Source of the DNA: Octopus sinensis
Taxonomy: Eukaryota
Length of the DNA stretch: 64,000 nucleotides
NCBI RefSeq assembly: GCF_006345805.1
Contig: NC_043025.1
Span: 11,656,001-11,720,000 of the forward strand
Reading direction: 5' to 3'
A model generated the notes under the pieces. That model worked only from the letters and a program-made list of their open reading frames with translations, searched no databases and was not told where the DNA came from. The translations under genes and the position numbers were made by a program. Position 1 is the first letter of the stretch, and every line of letters begins with the position of its first letter. Shown piece after piece: positions 62,432 to 64,000 of the stretch.

Positions 62432-64000
62432 TATTTCTATTTCTTTATTACCCACAAGGGGCTAAACATAGAGGGGGGGACAAACAAGGACAGAAAAACG
62501 GATTAAGACGATTATATCAACCCCCAGTGCGTAACTGGTACTTATTTAATCGACCCCCGAAAGGATGAAAGGCAAAGTCGACCTCGGCGGAATTTGAACT
62601 CACAACGTAGCGGCAGACGAAATACCTATTTCTTTACTACCCACAAGGGGCTAAACACAGAGGGGACAAACATGGACAGACATAGGTATTAAGTCGATTA
62701 TATCGACCCCAGTGCTTAGCTGGTACTTAATTTATCGACCCCGAAAGGATGAAAGGCAAAGTCGACCTCGGCGGAATTTGAACTCACAACGTAGCGGCAG
62801 ACCAAATACCTATTTCTTTACTACCCACAAGGGGCTAAACACAGAGGGGACAAACAAGGACAGAAAAACGGATTAAGACGATTATATCGACCCAGTACTT
62901 ATTTAATCGACCCCGAAAGGATGAAAGGCAAAGTCGACCTCAGCGGAATTTGAACTCAGAACGTAACGGCAGACCAAATACCTATTTCTTTACTACCCAC
63001 AAGGGGCTAAACACAGAGGGGACAAACAAAGGACAGAAAAACGGATTAAGACGATTATATCGACCCCAGTGCGTAACTGGTACTTATTTAATCGACCCCC
63101 GAAAGATGAAAGGCAAAGTTGACCTCGGCGGAATTTGAACTCAGAAGTAGCGGCAGACGAAATACCTATTTCTTTACTACCCACAAGGGGCTAAACACAG
63201 AGGGGACAAAACAAAGACAGAAAAACGGATTAAGACGATTATATCGACCCCAGTGCTAACTAGTATTATTTAATCGACCCCCGAAAGGATGAAAGGCAAA
63301 GTCGACCTCGGCGGAATTGAACTCAGAACGTAGCGACTGACCAAATACCTATTCTTATACCCACAAGGGGTAAACACAGAGGGGACAAACACAAGGACAG
63401 AAAAACGGATTAAGACGATTATATCGACCCCAGTGCTAACTGGTACTTATTTATCGACCCCCGAAAGGATGAAAGGCAAAGTCGACCTCGGCGGAATTTG
63501 AACTCAGAACGTAGCGACTGACCAAATACCTATTTCTTTACTACCACAAGGGGCTAAACTCAGAGGGGACAAACAAGGACAGAAAAACGGATTAAGACGA
63601 TTATATCGACTCCAGTGCTAACTGGTACTTATTTAATCGACCCCGAAAGGATGAAAGGCAAAGTCGACCTCGGCGGAATTTGAACTCAGAACGTAACGGC
63701 AGACCAAAACCTATTCTTTACTACCCACAAGGGGCTAAACACAGAGGGGACAAACAAGGACAGAAAAACGGATTAAGACGATTATCGACCCCAGTGCTAA
63801 ATGGTACTTATTTAATCGACCCCGAAGGATGAAAGGCAAAGTCGACCTCGGCGGAATTTGAACTCACAACGTAGCGGCAGACGAAATACCTATTCTTTAC
63901 TACCCACAAGGGGGCTAAACACAGAGGGGACAAACAAGGACAGAACAAAAACGGATTAAGACGATTATATCGACCCAGTACGGATTAAGACGATTATATC
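62432..64000 (-). repeat. SINE family B array, at least 9 units of ~180 bp, running off the window
   Basis: Same AAATACC|TATTTCTTTACT junction throughout. Confidence 0.95.

Overview
AT-rich, microsatellite-laden eukaryotic DNA that is mostly repeats. The SINE/LINE families look like those of an octopus (coleoid cephalopod); this is recalled family resemblance, not a database result. Only one host gene is clearly recognisable: two minus-strand, phase-compatible exons (54382-54519, 51322-51487) of thymine DNA glycosylase (TDG), which stop next to a 100-N gap. A few orphan exon-like segments lie on both strands. The rest is tRNA-derived SINEs (at least 3 families), 3' fragments of CR1-, RTE- and R4/Dong-like LINEs, mariner/Tc1 relics, several MITE families, non-autonomous Helitrons and minimal hammerhead-ribozyme motifs of the Penelope type. 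The main signal is that mobile elements repeatedly occur as head-to-tail arrays. The strongest case is a SINE multimer with the same internal junction at five loci, three of them flanked by target-site duplications. This suggests the multimers were inserted as units, possibly through base pairing between the RNA 3' tail and the tRNA-like head. There are no prokaryotic features and no CRISPR array.
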